DNA of 53,648 nt. Source: Bacteroidales bacterium (lineage in GTDB: Bacteria > Bacteroidota > Bacteroidia > Bacteroidales > VadinHA17). Below the pieces are notes generated by a model. It did not search any database. It was not told where the DNA came from and worked only from the letters and a program-made list of their open reading frames with translations. Location: contig JAHYJA010000003.1 in assembly GCA_019429325.1 (NCBI GenBank), forward strand, positions 1-53,648, given 5' to 3'. The position numbers were made by a program, and so were the translations under genes. This document shows positions 28,825-37,741 of the stretch, piece by piece (within the stretch, counting starts at the first letter, position 1; each line of letters starts with the position of its first letter).

Positions 28825-29788
28825 TCTCTGCGAGCTTTTTAAGAATGATCCTCCCCCTGGCTTCGATACCTGCTGAGCCTTCACCCTTCAGCATATTTAC
28901 CGAAACTGCAAGCTCGTTGGCAAGATCAGGGTATATTACCGCAAGCCTGTACAGGATCTCCATTGAATAAGCTTTTATTGCAATTGCCGAGAAACCTGAA
29001 TTAAGGGCATTGAAACAGTGGTCAGCAAGCAGACCATGATGATCAGGACGTAGTTCCTGCAGATCAGATAACGACAGAATCCTCAGGAATGAGCGCCGGG
29101 TACTTTCATTCTCCAGCTGGTTAAGCCTTTCAACAATCCCCGACAAGTGAGGTTTGATCATCGTGGGAAACCTGTCGAACAGTTTTGAGAGTGTCCACGA
29201 GGCACGAAATGCAAGTTTACTGTCGGTACTGTAGGAGTATGAGAGCAGTTTCAGGAAGAGACCAGGGTTTTCAGATGCAGATGTCACAATCCACTCTACC
29301 TCCTTTATGCTTATCATGTTGAATATCATATCCCGGAGTTCTGTGTCCTCAACCTGAGGATCAGCATTTTCCTGTACAGACAGTTCTGCCTCGTTACTCC
29401 CATCGATGGCAGAGAGGTATTGCCGGACAACATGAAGATCGGCTTCACAGAAATCTATTGAAGCAAGATCACCGGGCATTACCCATCTGAAGGAGATATG
29501 CTCCGACAGTACCGGTGTTTCATCGAGAGTATCGCAAATATAGGGGATCAGTCTGATCTGCTTGTGACCATAATCATACGAAACCGGCTCAAGCCTGGCC
29601 GAGGTGACTATGCTCATTGACAACTCTTCATCAATTTCCCTTATAATACAATCCTCCTCACCCTCACCGGGGCCAATCTTCCCTCCCGGGAATTCCCATT
29701 TAAAAGGATGACCGGTTTTTTCACCCCTCTGAACAACAAGTACCTCATTGTCCTCATTCCTTATAATTGCACATGTAACGCTTATCAT
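28793..29788 (-). CDS. MutT/NudG-like NUDIX hydrolase fused to an all-helical (HEAT-like) C-terminal domain
   Basis: WEFPGGKIGPGE..REIDEEL Nudix box in the first ~130 aa; C-half with FRASW and IAIKAYSMEIL. Confidence 0.8.
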   Translation of the reverse strand: MISVTCAIIRNEDNEVLVVQRGEKTGHPFKWEFPGGKIGPGEGEEDCIIREIDEELSMSIVTSARLEPVSYDYGHKQIRLIPYICDTLDETPVLSEHISFRWVMPGDLASIDFCEADLHVVRQYLSAIDGSNEAELSVQENADPQVEDTELRDMIFNMISIKEVEWIVTSASENPGLFLKLLSYSYSTDSKLAFRASWTLSKLFDRFPTMIKPHLSGIVERLNQLENESTRRSFLRILSLSDLQELRPDHHGLLADHCFNALNSGFSAIAIKAYSMEILYRLAVIYPDLANELAVSVNMLKGEGSAGIEARGRIILKKLAEISSGPGSSQS

Positions 29789-29797
29789 AACCCGTAG

Positions 29798-30253
29798 TCA
29801 GGTTAAAAGATCTTCATAGAGCGGGATATAGTCAAGAACCCTATATTCCTTCAGTTCGTTATCGTACCGGGCTGCAAAGTGGTGCATTCCGTTAGTCATG
29901 ACAAGGTAAGGCACTTTAAACTGCATGTTGTAGCGGATGACCTGATCAAACACTTCATCGTCCAGTTCTATATTGTCCGATTTGCATTCAATGATCATAA
30001 CAGGTTCTCCCTTGCGGTTATGCACTAAAATATCTGCCCTCCTCTTAAGCTGGTTGTAAATGAAATAATGCTCAATGGCAATAAGTCCGGGCGGATAATT
30101 TCCGCGGTCGATCAGATACTGTACAAAATTCTGCCGGACCCATTCCTCATCGGTAAGCCTGACATATTTCTTCCTCAGGGGATCAAAGATCAGCCGCAGG
30201 CCATCCCTGGTAATTATTCTGAATGAATATTCCGGCAGGCTTAACTCTTTCAA
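29798..30253 (-). CDS. Stand-alone HsdR N-terminal (HSDR_N_2-like) domain protein
   Basis: L-LP-Y, IFD-LRKKYV-LT-EEWVRQ, RADI, IECK, TNG; usual Bacteroidota neighbour of amn/holA. Confidence 0.85.
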   Translation of the reverse strand: MKELSLPEYSFRIITRDGLRLIFDPLRKKYVRLTDEEWVRQNFVQYLIDRGNYPPGLIAIEHYFIYNQLKRRADILVHNRKGEPVMIIECKSDNIELDDEVFDQVIRYNMQFKVPYLVMTNGMHHFAARYDNELKEYRVLDYIPLYEDLLT

Positions 30254-30294
30254 CTTTGTTTTGTACTTTTAAAACCTGTAAATTAAATAAAAAT

Positions 30295-31065
30295 ATGAAA
30301 ACGAAGGAGGAAATAGTAAATAACTGGCTGCCGCGATATACCGGGAAGAGCATTGATTCTTTCGGCAAATATTTCCTTCTGACAAATTTTCTCTATTATA
30401 TCGACCTGTTCGCCAGATGGCATAATGTTGAGATTGAAGGAAAGACCAAGAACTTGCCGAGCGCCACTTCCGACGGCATAACCATCATGAATTTCGGCAT
30501 GGGGAGCCCGAATGCGGCAACGGCAATGGATCTTCTCAGCGCTGTTGCCCCGGAAGCGGTTCTGTTCCTGGGAAAATGCGGCGGGCTTAAAAAGAAGAAT
30601 AAGCTGGGAGACCTTATTCTGCCCATTGCCGCGATCAGAAGTGACGGTACATCAAATGATTACCTTCCACTCGAAGTTCCTGCCTTACCTGCTTTTCAAC
30701 TGCAAAGCGCTATCTCTGCATCAATAATCAAGCATAAGAAAGAGTATTATACCGGCACTGTATATACCACCAACAGAAGAGTCTGGGAATATGACGACAG
30801 GTTCAAGAAATACCTTGTCAAGACGAGAGCCATGGCGATTGATATGGAAACTGCGACAATCTTTACTGTAGGTTTTGCCAATGAGATCCCTACCGGCGCC
30901 CTGCTGCTGGTCTCGGATCAGCCGATGATATCAACCGGCATCAAGACCGAGGCAAGCGACCGCAAAGTAACAAACAAATTTGTTGAGACGCACCTGCGTA
31001 TCGGTATCGATGCATTGAGAGAGATCAAGGACAATAGAATGTCGGTAAAACACCTGAGGTTCTGA
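30295..31065 (+). CDS. amn: AMP nucleosidase
   Basis: Start at ATG 30295; MKTKEEIVNNWLPRYTG, NFGMGSPNAA, FLGKCGGL, TTNRRVWE, DMETAT. Confidence 0.92.
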   Translation: MKTKEEIVNNWLPRYTGKSIDSFGKYFLLTNFLYYIDLFARWHNVEIEGKTKNLPSATSDGITIMNFGMGSPNAATAMDLLSAVAPEAVLFLGKCGGLKKKNKLGDLILPIAAIRSDGTSNDYLPLEVPALPAFQLQSAISASIIKHKKEYYTGTVYTTNRRVWEYDDRFKKYLVKTRAMAIDMETATIFTVGFANEIPTGALLLVSDQPMISTGIKTEASDRKVTNKFVETHLRIGIDALREIKDNRMSVKHLRF

Positions 31066-31067
31066 CG

Positions 31068-32078
31068 ATGGCAATAACTTACGAAGAAATAATTTCTGAC
31101 CTGAAAAAAAGGATCTTCAAGCCGGTATACTTTCTTGCCGGAGAGGAGCCTTATTATATTGACATCATCACTGACTACATAGAGGATAAGGTGCTCCCTG
31201 ATGCCGAGAAAGCTTTTAATCAGATCGTTATATATGGAGATGATACAACCATATATGAAATAATTGAGATCGCCCGCAGATTTCCGATGATGGCCACTCA
31301 CCAGGTCGTCATCGTAAAGGAGGCCCAGTCGTTAAAGAAGATCGATGAGCTTGCTGTTTACCTTGAGAAGCCCTTGTCATCTACGATACTTGTTTTCAAC
31401 TACAAATACAAAACTTTAGACAGACGGACGAAATTCTTCAGAACACTCGAGAGTCAGGCAGTCTATTTTGAATCACCCCGACTGCGGGATTACCAGATCC
31501 CCGGCTGGATAGAAAGATATCTGATGACCAGGGGCATCAAGGCGGATCCCAAGGCAAGCGATATGCTGACGGACTATCTGGGGACAGACCTTCATAAAAT
31601 TGTAAATGAGCTCGACAAGCTGATAATCACCCTTCCGCGGGAGAAACCAGTGATCACCACAGCCCTGATCGAGAAGAATATCGGCATCAGCAAGGATTTT
31701 AACAATTTCGAGCTGCAGAAGGCAATAGGTGAAAAGAACATACTGAAAGCCAACATGATAATCCGCTATTTCGCCAACAACCCGAAGGATAATCCCATAA
31801 CCCTCACTCTTGCTTCTCTCTTTGGTTTTTTCAGCAAACTTCTGACATACCATTATCTTACCGACAAATCAAAAAACAATGTAGCGGCGGCGCTAAAAGT
31901 AAATCCATATTTTGTAAAGGACTATGAATCTGCTGCAATGAAATACAGCGTTTCCAAAACGGTTCAGATCATCAGCTTTCTGCGGACTTACGACATGAGG
32001 TCAAAAGGTTTCGGAGATCCGGGTACACAGGATGGAGATCTTCTTAAAGAATTGATATACAAGATTCTGCATATCTAA
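31068..32078 (+). CDS. holA: DNA polymerase III subunit delta
   Basis: PVYFLAGEEPYYID, FPMM, VIVKEAQ, NELDKL, IGISKDFNNFEL. Confidence 0.95.
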   Translation: MAITYEEIISDLKKRIFKPVYFLAGEEPYYIDIITDYIEDKVLPDAEKAFNQIVIYGDDTTIYEIIEIARRFPMMATHQVVIVKEAQSLKKIDELAVYLEKPLSSTILVFNYKYKTLDRRTKFFRTLESQAVYFESPRLRDYQIPGWIERYLMTRGIKADPKASDMLTDYLGTDLHKIVNELDKLIITLPREKPVITTALIEKNIGISKDFNNFELQKAIGEKNILKANMIIRYFANNPKDNPITLTLASLFGFFSKLLTYHYLTDKSKNNVAAALKVNPYFVKDYESAAMKYSVSKTVQIISFLRTYDMRSKGFGDPGTQDGDLLKELIYKILHI

Positions 32079-32093
32079 AGCAAAACTCTCCGG

Positions 32094-32684
32094 TTAATTC
32101 ATTTCAGGTGATTCGGGAAAATCGGCCCACATCCTGTATTTGTTCTTAAAGCTTCTGAGCACCCTTTTCCAGGTATCAACGCCCCTGTTGTTCATGACGA
32201 CACCCGGGTTGACCTTGAGGATGACCCACGAGTTTTCTTTAAGTTCACGTTCCAGCTGGCCCGCTGACCATCCTGAATAGCCGAGGAAGAACCTGATTTG
32301 TGATTGCTTTATTGATCCTGAACGGATAAGCTTCCTTATTGTATCAATATCGCCTCCCCAGGAAATATCATCGTCAACACCGACGCTTCCCGGAATACGG
32401 TCCCCAAGGCTGTGGAGATAATGCAGAGTATCAGGTGCTACCGGCCCCCCCATGTTGAGGTTCTCATTCCAGCTGTCAAACCCTGCTATGGCATCCGAGA
32501 TCTTAAGGTCGAGCTTCTTGTTGAGAATAAAACCCACCGATCCCTCAGGAGTATGATCCGTAAGATAAACAATGCTTCTGTTAAAAAATGTATCCGGAAG
32601 GAAAGGTTCGGAAATAAGAACCTTGCCTTTCTCCGGGATCTTGTCCTCAGGCAGTATGGTGAATAAATCAAGTTCCGGTTTCAT
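32094..32684 (-). CDS. YqgE/AlgH family protein
   Basis: LISEPFL.D.FF.RS, G.VGFILNK, GGPV, RFFLGYSGWSAGQL..EL, terminal P.MN. Confidence 0.92.
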   Translation of the reverse strand: MKPELDLFTILPEDKIPEKGKVLISEPFLPDTFFNRSIVYLTDHTPEGSVGFILNKKLDLKISDAIAGFDSWNENLNMGGPVAPDTLHYLHSLGDRIPGSVGVDDDISWGGDIDTIRKLIRSGSIKQSQIRFFLGYSGWSAGQLERELKENSWVILKVNPGVVMNNRGVDTWKRVLRSFKNKYRMWADFPESPEMN

Positions 32685-32768
32685 CCATTCAGTTTAACCG
32701 TTACAATTTACGCAAAATTAATATTCCTGAAACTAAACTTTAATGATTTAGCCTGATTAATTCATAAA

Positions 32769-32862
32769 CTTTGTGAACCTTAGTGTAATCCTTTGAGTCC
32801 CTTTGTGGTTAAGGTTTTTTTACCACTAAGTGTCACAAAGGAAAACTCAAAGTAACACAAAG
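32769..32862. repeat. 94-bp symmetric array: four CTTWGWG heptamers facing four inverted copies
   Basis: Left units at 32769, 32779, 32791, 32801; right inverted units at 32824, 32834, 32846, 32856; 10/12/10 spacing in both arms. Confidence 0.85.
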
Positions 32863-32931
32863 GTAAACAATAGGTTAGTAATAAATATGAATAGTAAAGG
32901 TTAGAAAAAAAGTGACCTGCTATTAATAATT

Positions 32932-33013
32932 GGGTTGGAAGTCGGAAGACTGATGCAAGAATAGTTTTCGACTCTCCCCTTCTCCCCCTCTCCCCTTCTT
33001 TCCTTCCGTCTTC
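32932..33013. repeat. GGAAGAC-type heptamers and (YTCTCCCC)x3 octamers
   Basis: ggttggaagtcggaagactg; ctctcccc ttctcccc ctctcccc at 32972-32995; ttccgtcttc. Confidence 0.75.
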
Positions 33014-33089
33014 TTTTGAAAAAAATAACCAAAAACAACATTTCAATTAAATATTATCATAATTTTGCCCCCGTTTTGTTATATCAGCT

Positions 33090-34859
33090 ATGAAAAAAAG
33101 CACTTTACGATTAGTTGGGAGAAAAGCAGTTCTGAGGATACGCGACAGGATGTGTGAAACACCTGAGGAATTGCTGTCGAGTGTAAAGTTCAGGCTGGTC
33201 CTGGATCATTATCTTAAGCATCTCAGCTCACGGAACTCACCCCTGCTCGGAGTTTTTAACGGAACAGGGATTGATGAGAAAAGTGTTGACGATCTGGTGA
33301 AAACCCTTATCCTTCTGGTCAAAAATCAGAACAGAATAATCCCGCATATCTTTGAGGGATCCGCCAGGTTTCTGCATGACCTTCAGCTTTTAAACAATTT
33401 TGTCGAAGCCCTTTACGATTACTGGAGGCATTTTGACCGGTTCATAATTAATGATTCGGAAGGTGACCGCCTGGATAAGAGGCCTTACCGTACCTTCAAT
33501 GAAACCATTGAGCATCTGACTCATCTTATCAGAACTGTTTACCGTCATGTTCAGGAAAACATTACCGGCAGTCGCCCTAATGTTTACCGTCAGGTTCCTG
33601 CCGGAGCAGAGATCGCAGCCATTTCATTACCTGTAAGGATCCCTTTTCCGCATATGAAATACGGGAAGCTGAACTCGGTCCCAATGATCAGGCAGATGCT
33701 AATCTACCCGCCACTGGTCATACAGCAGCCGATGAACAAGCGGACAGGGGAATTCAGGAAAGTGAGCGTTAATCCGCTCGAAATAATTGATCTAAATCCG
33801 GATGACTGGTTATGTTATCCCGTCAGGGCAGGGAAACTGCTTATTCTGGTCTATTTCCACCTTAGCTTTTATGAACTGGGGTTTTCTTTATGTAACCTAT
33901 TTCAGCTTGCCAGCGACTCAGACCTCGAAAAGAGTCCGGACGCAGTCTTTGTTTACGGAGCGCAGGGTGGCGGGCTTGATTCACTTTCTGACTTTCCCAC
34001 TGTTTTCCACGAGGATGAAGAAAACGGGATATTTGTCGGAGCTGTACCGGGAAGGGAGGAATTCGGTTATTTCGGATACCTGAAGAAAATGGTTCTCACT
34101 CTTCATAACTCCCATGTGATAAGATCCGGGAACATGCCCTTCCATGGCGCGATGGTAAAAATCCTTCTGCAGGGTGACAAGGAGGCAACAATCCTGATGA
34201 TCGGAGATACCGGAGCAGGAAAGTCCGAGACACTCGAAGCCTTCCGTGTTCTGGGAGAAAGCCAGATTCGGGAAATGACCATTATTGCAGACGACATGGG
34301 CTCAATTGAGATCGACCCATCAGAATTACCTGTTGGCTATGGAACAGAAACCGGCGCATTCCTTCGTCTGGATGATCTGCAACCAGGATATGCTTACGGC
34401 CACCTCGACAGATCAATCATAATGAATCCCAGTCAGGTCAATGCCAGGATAGTAATTCCCGTGACCCGCTATGAAACCATAATCAAAGGGCACCGGATCG
34501 ATTATATTCTCTATGCCAATAATTACGAGGAGATTGATGACGAACACCCCGTTATTGAAAGATTTGACAATCCCGAAAAGGCTCTTGATATTTTCCGCGC
34601 CGGTGTGGTAATGAGCAAAGGCACAACAACGTCGAGCGGGCTTGTCCACTCCTATTTCGCGAATATCTTCGGCCCCCCCGAGTATAAGGAACTGCATGAT
34701 GCAATTGCAGCGAGATTCTTCGAAAATTTCTTCAGGAATGATGTCTTTGTCGGGCAGATGAGAACCAGGCTTGGAATCCCGGGTCACGAAACCTCCGGCC
34801 CGAGAGAAGCTGCGACTGAGTTACTTAGGATCATAGCGACCGGGTTTCACCGTGAATGA
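33090..34859 (+). CDS. Divergent phosphoenolpyruvate carboxykinase-like P-loop protein
   Basis: GYLKK, PFHGA, GDTGAGKSE, IADDMG, GTETGAF and NAR occur in the order of PEPCK catalytic motifs; -7 box TAATTTTG at 33060. Confidence 0.65.
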   Translation: MKKSTLRLVGRKAVLRIRDRMCETPEELLSSVKFRLVLDHYLKHLSSRNSPLLGVFNGTGIDEKSVDDLVKTLILLVKNQNRIIPHIFEGSARFLHDLQLLNNFVEALYDYWRHFDRFIINDSEGDRLDKRPYRTFNETIEHLTHLIRTVYRHVQENITGSRPNVYRQVPAGAEIAAISLPVRIPFPHMKYGKLNSVPMIRQMLIYPPLVIQQPMNKRTGEFRKVSVNPLEIIDLNPDDWLCYPVRAGKLLILVYFHLSFYELGFSLCNLFQLASDSDLEKSPDAVFVYGAQGGGLDSLSDFPTVFHEDEENGIFVGAVPGREEFGYFGYLKKMVLTLHNSHVIRSGNMPFHGAMVKILLQGDKEATILMIGDTGAGKSETLEAFRVLGESQIREMTIIADDMGSIEIDPSELPVGYGTETGAFLRLDDLQPGYAYGHLDRSIIMNPSQVNARIVIPVTRYETIIKGHRIDYILYANNYEEIDDEHPVIERFDNPEKALDIFRAGVVMSKGTTTSSGLVHSYFANIFGPPEYKELHDAIAARFFENFFRNDVFVGQMRTRLGIPGHETSGPREAATELLRIIATGFHRE

Positions 34860-34860
34860 T

Positions 34861-37257
34861 TCAAGCCTCTTTCATTATTTCATAAACCGCATCGAAAATA
34901 TCCTCAGCGTTCGGTTTTGAAAAATAGTCGCCGTCGGTTGTATACGCGGGACGATGCTCTTTGGCTGTAAGGGTTCGTGGGGGAGAATCAAGAAAATACC
35001 ATGCTCCCTGTTTCTCGAGTACTTCCTGCATCATATAGGCTGTTGTACCTCCCGGAACATCCTCATCAATAAACAGGACCCTGCTCGTCTTTTTAACGGA
35101 TTCCAGAATAATATGGTTGCGGTCAAAAGGAACGAGTGTCTGCACATCGATAAGTTCCGCAGAGATGTTATGCCGGGTCAGCTGGTTCACGGCTTCAGCA
35201 GCTATCCTTACCGTTGAACCATAGGTAACGATGGTTATATCAGTTCCCTCGCTCAGTATCTCAGGTATCCCGAGCTGAATACGGTATTCGCCGATGTTGT
35301 CAGGCATCTTCTCCTTGAGCCGGTATCCGTTAAGAGGCTCAATTACTATTGCAGGGTCCATACCCTCGAGCAGGGTATTATAGAATCCGGCTGCCCTTGT
35401 CATGTCCCTCGGGGTACAGACGTATACTCCCCTGGCTGAATTGATCAGCATGCTCATTGGTGATCCGGAGTGCCAGATACCTTCCAGACGGTGCCCGCGG
35501 GTACTGATAATGACCGGTGCTGACATCCTGCCGGCAGTCCTGTAATGCGTGGTGGCAAGATCATCGCTGAGGGTCTGCAGGGCATACATAAGGTAATCGA
35601 GATACTGGATCTCAGCTATTGGTCTCATACCTCTGAGTGCAAGCCCGATACCCTGTCCGAGAATGGTGGTTTCCCTGATACCGGTGTCGGTTATCCTGAT
35701 CTCCCCGTATTTCTTCTGTAAGCCCTCGAGCGACTGGTTCACTCCTCCTATGTTCCCGGTATCTTCGCCAAAGGTAACGAGCAGGGGATATTTGGCAAAA
35801 AGCCTGTCATAATTGTCCCTGAGTATCTGTCTTCCCGGGACTTCGGGGGAGTTAGCGGACCAGCGTGGTGCAATTGGTTCGACATTAAGAGCCGAGGCCG
35901 GAGTTTCATTATAAAGAAACGTATTGTAGCTTTTTGCCGCGTCTTCATAATTGCGCCTGAGCCACCCCATCAGTTCCTCTCTCAGGTTGTCGGACAGGAG
36001 ACAGGAATTACAGATATTCCTCAATATCTTCCTGGCTGCCATGAAGTTGTCTTTTCTGATTGGTGCAAGGACCTTTTTAAGATCATCGGTTATCTCATCC
36101 ACAGTGGCCTCTTTAGCTTCCTCAGAACATTTGCATTTCCGGTCTCCTATTATTTTTGCCAGGGCATCCCGTTCGACTCTTATAGGATTCTGGAACAATC
36201 CCCAGCTCTTCTTCCGGGCCTCTTTTGCCTCCGCTTCGGCTTCAGCCGCAATCCTGTCCATTTCATCGGGAGTGGCGATCTTCTCGCTTATGATCCATTC
36301 CCTCATTTTCCGTATCGGATCAAATTCCTCTTCCCACTTAAGCCTGTCGCTGGTTTTATACCTCTCGTGCGATCCTGAGGTTGAATGACCAAGCGGCTGG
36401 GTCACCTCCTCGATATGGAACACAACGGGTATATGATCTTTGCGGCAGATGGCTGTCCCCTCCTCATACATCCTGATCAGCCCGGGATAATCCCAGCCTT
36501 TTCCTTTATAGATCAGAATACCCGGGTTACCTGGCTCCGTTTCAAAACCCCTCAGAATATCCGAAATACTGCCTTTAGTAGTCTGGTATTTCTTCGGAAC
36601 AGATATACCATATCCGTCATCATAGACGGAAAGAGCCATAGGAACCTGCAAAACGCCCGCGGCGTTTATAGTTTCCCAGAAATGCCCCTCTGAAGTGCTG
36701 GCATCGCCGATGGAACCGAAAGCAACCTCATTTCCCTTCAAAGAGAATGTTTTGAACTGATGAAGCTCCTTATTCTGGCGGAACAGTTTTGAGGCATAAG
36801 CCAGACCCAGCAGCCTGGGCATCTGTCCGGCTGTGGGAGAAATATCGGACGAAGAGTTCTTCTGTTTTGTCAGATCTCTCCACGATCCGTCGGGGTTGAC
36901 ATTCGGCACAGAGAAATGGTTGTTGAAAACCCTTCCTCCGCTGCCCGGATTAATATCCCTGTCGGTATTGCCGTAGAGCTGGTGAAAAAACTCAACTGCA
37001 TCAAAGAGGCTCATAGCCATCATCCATGTCTGATCCCTGTAATAACCTGATCTCCAGTCTCCATCCTTAAACTGCTTCGCCATCGCGATCTGGGTTATTT
37101 CCTTTCCATCGCCGAAAATTCCGAATTTTGCTTTTCCGGATAACACTTCACGCCGGCCAATAATACTCAGGTTACGGCTCAGGCTGGCAAGCCTGAAATC
37201 AGCAAGTATAAGCTCTTTATCCGCAACAGGCTTTACAGGATTGGTCTTCTGATTCAT
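34861..37257 (-). CDS. 2-oxoacid (probably branched-chain) dehydrogenase E1, fused alpha/beta
   Basis: REVLSGKAKFGIFGDGKE, SGYYRDQT, TPP motif GDASTSEG, GHSTSGSHERYK, FGED, DTGIRE, AEIQYLDY. Confidence 0.92.
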   Translation of the reverse strand: MNQKTNPVKPVADKELILADFRLASLSRNLSIIGRREVLSGKAKFGIFGDGKEITQIAMAKQFKDGDWRSGYYRDQTWMMAMSLFDAVEFFHQLYGNTDRDINPGSGGRVFNNHFSVPNVNPDGSWRDLTKQKNSSSDISPTAGQMPRLLGLAYASKLFRQNKELHQFKTFSLKGNEVAFGSIGDASTSEGHFWETINAAGVLQVPMALSVYDDGYGISVPKKYQTTKGSISDILRGFETEPGNPGILIYKGKGWDYPGLIRMYEEGTAICRKDHIPVVFHIEEVTQPLGHSTSGSHERYKTSDRLKWEEEFDPIRKMREWIISEKIATPDEMDRIAAEAEAEAKEARKKSWGLFQNPIRVERDALAKIIGDRKCKCSEEAKEATVDEITDDLKKVLAPIRKDNFMAARKILRNICNSCLLSDNLREELMGWLRRNYEDAAKSYNTFLYNETPASALNVEPIAPRWSANSPEVPGRQILRDNYDRLFAKYPLLVTFGEDTGNIGGVNQSLEGLQKKYGEIRITDTGIRETTILGQGIGLALRGMRPIAEIQYLDYLMYALQTLSDDLATTHYRTAGRMSAPVIISTRGHRLEGIWHSGSPMSMLINSARGVYVCTPRDMTRAAGFYNTLLEGMDPAIVIEPLNGYRLKEKMPDNIGEYRIQLGIPEILSEGTDITIVTYGSTVRIAAEAVNQLTRHNISAELIDVQTLVPFDRNHIILESVKKTSRVLFIDEDVPGGTTAYMMQEVLEKQGAWYFLDSPPRTLTAKEHRPAYTTDGDYFSKPNAEDIFDAVYEIMKEA

Positions 37258-37413
37258 TTATCTGAGGATTTTTTAACAATAATCAAATATTAAACAAAAT
37301 ATTGCCCGGGTTGTTTAATTTTAAACTCCGGCAAGTATTAACTTTGGGAAGTCCCGTCGGTTAAAACACCGGATAATTGTAAAGGTACAATTTGTAAAAG
37401 AAGAATAGATCTT

Positions 37414-37638
37414 ATGTTCATAAAACTCATAATATTAAGCGCATTAATGGTCCTCCTTGCAGTTGCCGGCCTGGGGATCAGAATCTTACTCAGACCTAAG
37501 GGCAGATTCCCGGAGACACATGTCGGCAAAAATGCGGAGATGAGAAAGCTGGGCATATCATGTGCCAGGAACACGGATGTGGGATGCGTCACCCCGGATG
37601 GTATGCCAGGGTGTGCGTGCGGGAGGAGTGAGTTGTAA
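37414..37638 (+). CDS. Small single-TM protein with Cys-rich tail (possible NqrM analogue)
   Basis: 74 aa; N-terminal TM; GRFPETHVGKN..MRKLGISC; Cys50/58/67/69; -7 box TAACTTTG at 37339. Confidence 0.75.
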   Translation: MFIKLIILSALMVLLAVAGLGIRILLRPKGRFPETHVGKNAEMRKLGISCARNTDVGCVTPDGMPGCACGRSEL

Positions 37639-37726
37639 TTGCGGATTGCGGATTGCGGATTGCGGATTTTGGCGATTGAAGTGAGGTATTCAGTAATCGG
37701 TAATCAGTAATCAGTTAGTCGGTAGT
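37638..37726 (+). repeat. (ATTGCGG)x4 from the stop codon, then RGTAATC heptamers
   Basis: 37638-37665; ggtattc agtaatc ggtaatc agtaatc at 37685-37712 (reverse complement of GATTACY). Confidence 0.9.
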
Positions 37727-37741
37727 ATGCTCATAGCACTA

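Noticed and set aside
29798-30253. Type I restriction/defence system
   Set aside because: Lone HsdR N-terminal-like domain with no hsdM, hsdS or helicase; a routine neighbour of amn/holA
32780-33046. 88-aa minus-strand ORF in the yqgE-PEPCK gap
   Set aside because: Low-complexity translation of repeat tracts
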